Part shown: in pieces, positions 61,108 through 64,000 of the stretch
How the letters are laid out: every line of letters begins with the position of its first letter
Numbering within the stretch: position 1 is the first letter of the stretch
Source: an uncultured Bacteroidales bacterium
GTDB taxonomy: Bacteria; Bacteroidota; Bacteroidia; Bacteroidales; CAZJKL01
NCBI GenBank assembly: GCA_964546655.1
Contig: CAZJKL010000005.1
Location: 8,220-72,219 of the forward strand
DNA: 64,000 nt
Direction: 5' to 3'
Notes under the pieces: generated by a model
Databases searched by the model: none
What the model was told of the DNA's origin: nothing
Seen by the model: the letters and a program-made list of their open reading frames with translations, nothing else
Made by a program: the position numbers and the translations under genes

Positions 61108-62259
61108 TTATCGATTTACTGTTATCGATTTACTTATTGGAGGTAAATGATAATTGCCTATACCAGTAGCTGAAATCATATAAAAATAAACTCCATTAGG
61201 CACTTCGTTACCTTTCATATCTTTACCATCCCAAAAGTCATCTATTTGTTTTGATTCAAATACTTTTCGGCCATTTCTGTCAACAATAAATATAAAGAAG
61301 CTTTCGATATTTTTATATTCATATTCAAATTTATCATTGTTTCCGTCGTAGTTTGGAGTAAAAATATTGCATTTTGGTTCTATATATGAATTTACTTTAG
61401 CGGTTATATGAATAGTATCTACTGAATAATTTTCTTGTTCATCATAACCACATACTTTAACAATATAATTACCGGGTTTTTCGAATGTATATGAAATATT
61501 ATTGCCTTCTATTTTTTTCCCGTTAATTTCCCAAACCGATTTATAAACATGATTTACATTAAATAAAACAGTATTTAATGGTGCCGTTCCTGATTTTTTT
61601 GCTGTTTCTATTTTAGCATAATTATAATTTACACTTTTTGTTTTATTGCAATTTTCAACAATTTCTTTTTCATTGTTTTTAGAACTACAATTTTTAGTAT
61701 TAACAATTGAATTGCTTGTTTGAGCTAAATTTTGTTGGCTTAAAACTATATTTTCATTTGTTTTGTAATTACTAACTGTTTGTTTATTTAACAATGCTCC
61801 CGAAATGCTTTCATTTTTATTATTTAATTTTGGTTCATTTGTTTTACTTAAATTTTCTGTTTCTTTTAAGTTTACATTATTATTATTATCAACTTTATTT
61901 TCTTCATTATTAATTACATTTATTTCATTATTTATATTTTCCGAGTTATCATTATTATCTTTTATTGAATCGTTTATAACCGAAACAATTTCAGTATTTG
62001 GTTCAATATTATTTTGAATATTATTAGAATTAACAATATTGTATATTACTACTGTTGTAGCAATTATACCTATTGACGACAATGTGTATGATATTGTCTT
62101 TATATTCTTTAATAAGAAGTCTTTAACGGAATTTGTATTATTAAAATTAGGTTTATTTGATATGTTATTGTTAATATTTTCCCAAATAGATGGGTCTATA
62201 TCAGCTTCAAACTTATCAAATTTATTTTTAATAATATCTTCAAAATTATTTATACTCAT
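61108..62259 (-). CDS. putative anti-sigma factor: N-terminal cytoplasmic segment, one TM, Asn-rich linker, PKD-like domain, T9SS type-B (gliding-motility CHU_C) C-terminal domain
   Basis: 383 aa, overlapping the ECF sigma gene by 4 nt. The TM segment is ISYTLSSIGIIATTVVIYNIV, with PGNYIVKVCGYD (PKD-like) downstream. The C-terminus FTPNYDGNNDKF...VDRNGRKVF...WDGKDMKGNEVPNGVYFY matches the type-B CTD consensus. Confidence 0.6.
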   Translation of the reverse strand: MSINNFEDIIKNKFDKFEADIDPSIWENINNNISNKPNFNNTNSVKDFLLKNIKTISYTLSSIGIIATTVVIYNIVNSNNIQNNIEPNTEIVSVINDSIKDNNDNSENINNEINVINNEENKVDNNNNVNLKETENLSKTNEPKLNNKNESISGALLNKQTVSNYKTNENIVLSQQNLAQTSNSIVNTKNCSSKNNEKEIVENCNKTKSVNYNYAKIETAKKSGTAPLNTVLFNVNHVYKSVWEINGKKIEGNNISYTFEKPGNYIVKVCGYDEQENYSVDTIHITAKVNSYIEPKCNIFTPNYDGNNDKFEYEYKNIESFFIFIVDRNGRKVFESKQIDDFWDGKDMKGNEVPNGVYFYMISATGIGNYHLPPISKSITVNR

Positions 62260-62795
62260 TTCATTACTATATTTTCACTTATTAATATCTTTTGTAAATA
62301 ACCTTTTGCTTTTGAATATTGTGATTTAGATGTATTTTCGGATATCATTAATTTATCAGCAATTTCTTTATGAGAATACCCTTCTATCGCAAATAAATTA
62401 AAAACAGTTTTATACCCCATTGGCATTTCTTGAATAATTTTCAAAATTGTTTCAGCCGATATATCATTTATTGCCGACTCTGCTTCATCTGTTAAATAAC
62501 CTATATCATCAATATTTAAATTGTTTTTTATATTTTTATTTTTTCTATGATAATCTATTGCAGTATTAATAAATATTCGTTTCATCCAACCTTCTATTGC
62601 TAAGGTGTTTTTGCAGTTCTTTATATTATCAAATATTTTAATAAACCCATCTTGAAGTATATCCTTGGCTTCATCGTAATCATTGCAATATCTTAAACAA
62701 ACACCCATCATTTTTTTAGAATACAGATCAAACAGCATCTTTTGTGCTGAATTATTGTTTTTTATACAATTCTCTATTATGCTATCAATATTCAT
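62256..62795 (-). CDS. ECF-type RNA polymerase sigma-70 factor
   Basis: 179 aa with region 2 (LFDLYSKKMMGVCLRY...DILQDGFIKIF) and the region 4 HTH (GYSHKEIADKLMISENTSKSQYSKAK). Confidence 0.88.
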   Translation of the reverse strand: MNIDSIIENCIKNNNSAQKMLFDLYSKKMMGVCLRYCNDYDEAKDILQDGFIKIFDNIKNCKNTLAIEGWMKRIFINTAIDYHRKNKNIKNNLNIDDIGYLTDEAESAINDISAETILKIIQEMPMGYKTVFNLFAIEGYSHKEIADKLMISENTSKSQYSKAKGYLQKILISENIVMK

Positions 62796-62937
62796 TTATA
62801 AAATAAAGCTTTTTGCTTTTTAAGCTAATGACGATTACTTTTAATTAAAGGTTGCCTGATATCTTAATTTTTATTAAAATTACTAAAAAAAATAATAATT
62901 AAATAATTATTACTTTTTTTATTGTTGTTTTTTTAAT

Positions 62938-62945
62938 TACATTTG
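62938..62945 (+). promoter_or_regulatory. candidate -7 box TACATTTG
   Basis: Lies 27 nt upstream of the ATG at 62972. Confidence 0.4.
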
Positions 62946-62971
62946 CTTCAAGGAAAATTTAAAGTTATATT

Positions 62972-63526
62972 ATGAAAAAAACGGATTACAGCTTAGAAAA
63001 TTGGACTATTGTGCCAGTAAAAGGATTAAAAATCAGAAAACAATATCAGATATCTGATTTCGGAAGAATAAGATGCAAAGACAAAAAAACTGACGATTGG
63101 AAAATTGTTAAGCAGAGTGCTAATAAAGGTTATTTTTTGTACACTTTTACAACAGACGACAAACTGAAACCTACTATCACAAAAGCTGTTCATAAATTAG
63201 TTGCTGAATTGTTTTGCAAAAAGAAATCTAATGATGTTAAATTTGTTATTCATTTAGATTTTGACAAATCTAATAATCATATTGATAATTTAAAATGGGT
63301 AAATCGTAAAGACCTTGTTTTACATCATAGAAATAGCCCTTCATACGAAAACAGAAGATTTAGAAACGCTAAACTTTCGATTGAAGATGTTATAAAATTA
63401 AAAAAGAAATTACTTAAAGGTGATATGAAATTATACAAATTAGCGAGAGAATTTGGTATAACTCACACACAATTAAATAGAATTCGCTCTGGTGAAAATT
63501 GGGGTAATGTTACTTTAGACAAATAA
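62972..63526 (+). CDS. NUMOD4-motif / HNH_3 homing-endonuclease-like protein with C-terminal HTH
   Basis: 184 aa with ENWTIVP..YQISDFGRIR (NUMOD4), VHKLVAELF...HLDFDKSNNHIDNLKWV (HNH_3) and KLAREFGITHTQLNRIRSGENW (HTH). Confidence 0.75.
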   Translation: MKKTDYSLENWTIVPVKGLKIRKQYQISDFGRIRCKDKKTDDWKIVKQSANKGYFLYTFTTDDKLKPTITKAVHKLVAELFCKKKSNDVKFVIHLDFDKSNNHIDNLKWVNRKDLVLHHRNSPSYENRRFRNAKLSIEDVIKLKKKLLKGDMKLYKLAREFGITHTQLNRIRSGENWGNVTLDK

Positions 63527-63550
63527 AAAAGGGCTTTTAAGCCCTTTTTT
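63527..63550 (+). terminator. rho-independent terminator
   Basis: aaaagggc (loop tttta) agccctttt followed by a T-run, immediately after the stop codon. Confidence 0.7.
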
Positions 63551-63642
63551 ATTTGTCTATTTTGCTTAAATTTTTCTGTGAAATTATTTTTATTATTAAT
63601 TTTTAAGGTATATTTAAATCCTGTTTTAAAAAAATCAAAACA

Positions 63643-64000
63643 ATGAATTTGAAATTAAATATAGCTTTAAATTTAATAATAGTATTGCTAGGTTTAACCT
63701 TATATTATAATACTCTTGATAATGAATATGCTTTAGATGATAAAGCAATAATAACTCAAAATAAATTTACTAAAAAAGGATTTGATGGTATTTCGGATTT
63801 ATTAACTACCTCTTACTGGGAAGGTATTGATAAAAACGTTAGAAGTTACAGACCATTAGCCCCAGTTACTTTTGCTGTTGAAGTTGGGTTATTGGGTTTT
63901 AAACCAGAAATTAGCCATTTTTTTAATATTGTTATTTACATAATAACTGGTCTCTTTTTATTTTTATTATTAAAGAAACTATTAAAAAATTTATTTACAA
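63643..64000 (+). CDS. TMTC/PMT_2-like GT-C membrane protein, 5' partial (runs off the window)
   Basis: An open frame runs from ATG 63643 to the window end. LDDKAIITQNKF...SYRPLAPVTFA...HFFNIVIY parallels the N-terminus of the protein at 39062-40882. Confidence 0.6.
   Translation, partial: MNLKLNIALNLIIVLLGLTLYYNTLDNEYALDDKAIITQNKFTKKGFDGISDLLTTSYWEGIDKNVRSYRPLAPVTFAVEVGLLGFKPEISHFFNIVIYIITGLFLFLLLKKLLKNLFT

Noticed and set aside
61805-62329. Plus-strand ORFs 61805-62017 and 62039-62329.
   Set aside because: They are antisense to the Asn-rich linker of the anti-sigma candidate, giving Leu/Phe/Ser low complexity.
52170-63526. A prophage, suggested by the Bro-N domain, the HNH/NUMOD4 gene and the IS fragment.
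   Set aside because: No capsid, tail, terminase, integrase or lysis genes are present. The intervening genes are T9SS cargo and regulatory genes.

Overview
AT-rich Bacteroidota-type chromosomal window. The lineage call rests on T9SS C-terminal sorting domains, SprB repeats, a TSP3-OmpA protein, TAnnTTTG -7 boxes 13-45 nt upstream of many start codons, and hairpin terminators at convergent gene ends. Positions 1-44.4 kb are mostly housekeeping: serC-serA-DUF1015, alaS, an M23/MerR/FMN-reductase/Ogg2/methyltransferase operon, dnaK, glyQS, pfkA, tsaB-ddl behind a TolC/adaptor pair, hemL-hemE, tRNA-Lys(UUU) and aroK. This part also holds envelope and glycan genes: a porin, a retropepsin-like protease, a TMTC-like GT-C protein, FkbM and a radical SAM/SPASM enzyme. 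Positions 44.8-64 kb are accessory/envelope. My best candidate for an undescribed system is a compact six-gene synthase-dependent exopolysaccharide-like operon: orphan receiver, TPR/YaiO-like barrel, TM-HEAT protein, processive GT2, hemerythrin, and a T9SS-exported clan-GH-A-like glycosidase. Directly upstream lies an islet with a truncated IS4-family transposase, an unknown 205-aa gene and a Bro-N/Fic fusion. Beyond it come T9SS cargo genes (a PCMD-like protein and a 1546-aa S8 peptidase with 8 SprB modules). These are followed by an ECF sigma/anti-sigma pair whose anti-sigma carries a type-B T9SS CTD, and a free-standing NUMOD4/HNH endonuclease. Other notable structure: a COG1373-type AAA+/PD-(D/E)xK gene flanked by perfect 56-bp direct repeats, a 1-kb non-coding repeat graveyard between serC and alaS, and a ~240-bp imperfect palindrome between convergent operons. 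I saw no rRNA, CRISPR array or intact IS. All family assignments come from motif recognition by eye, not from database searches.
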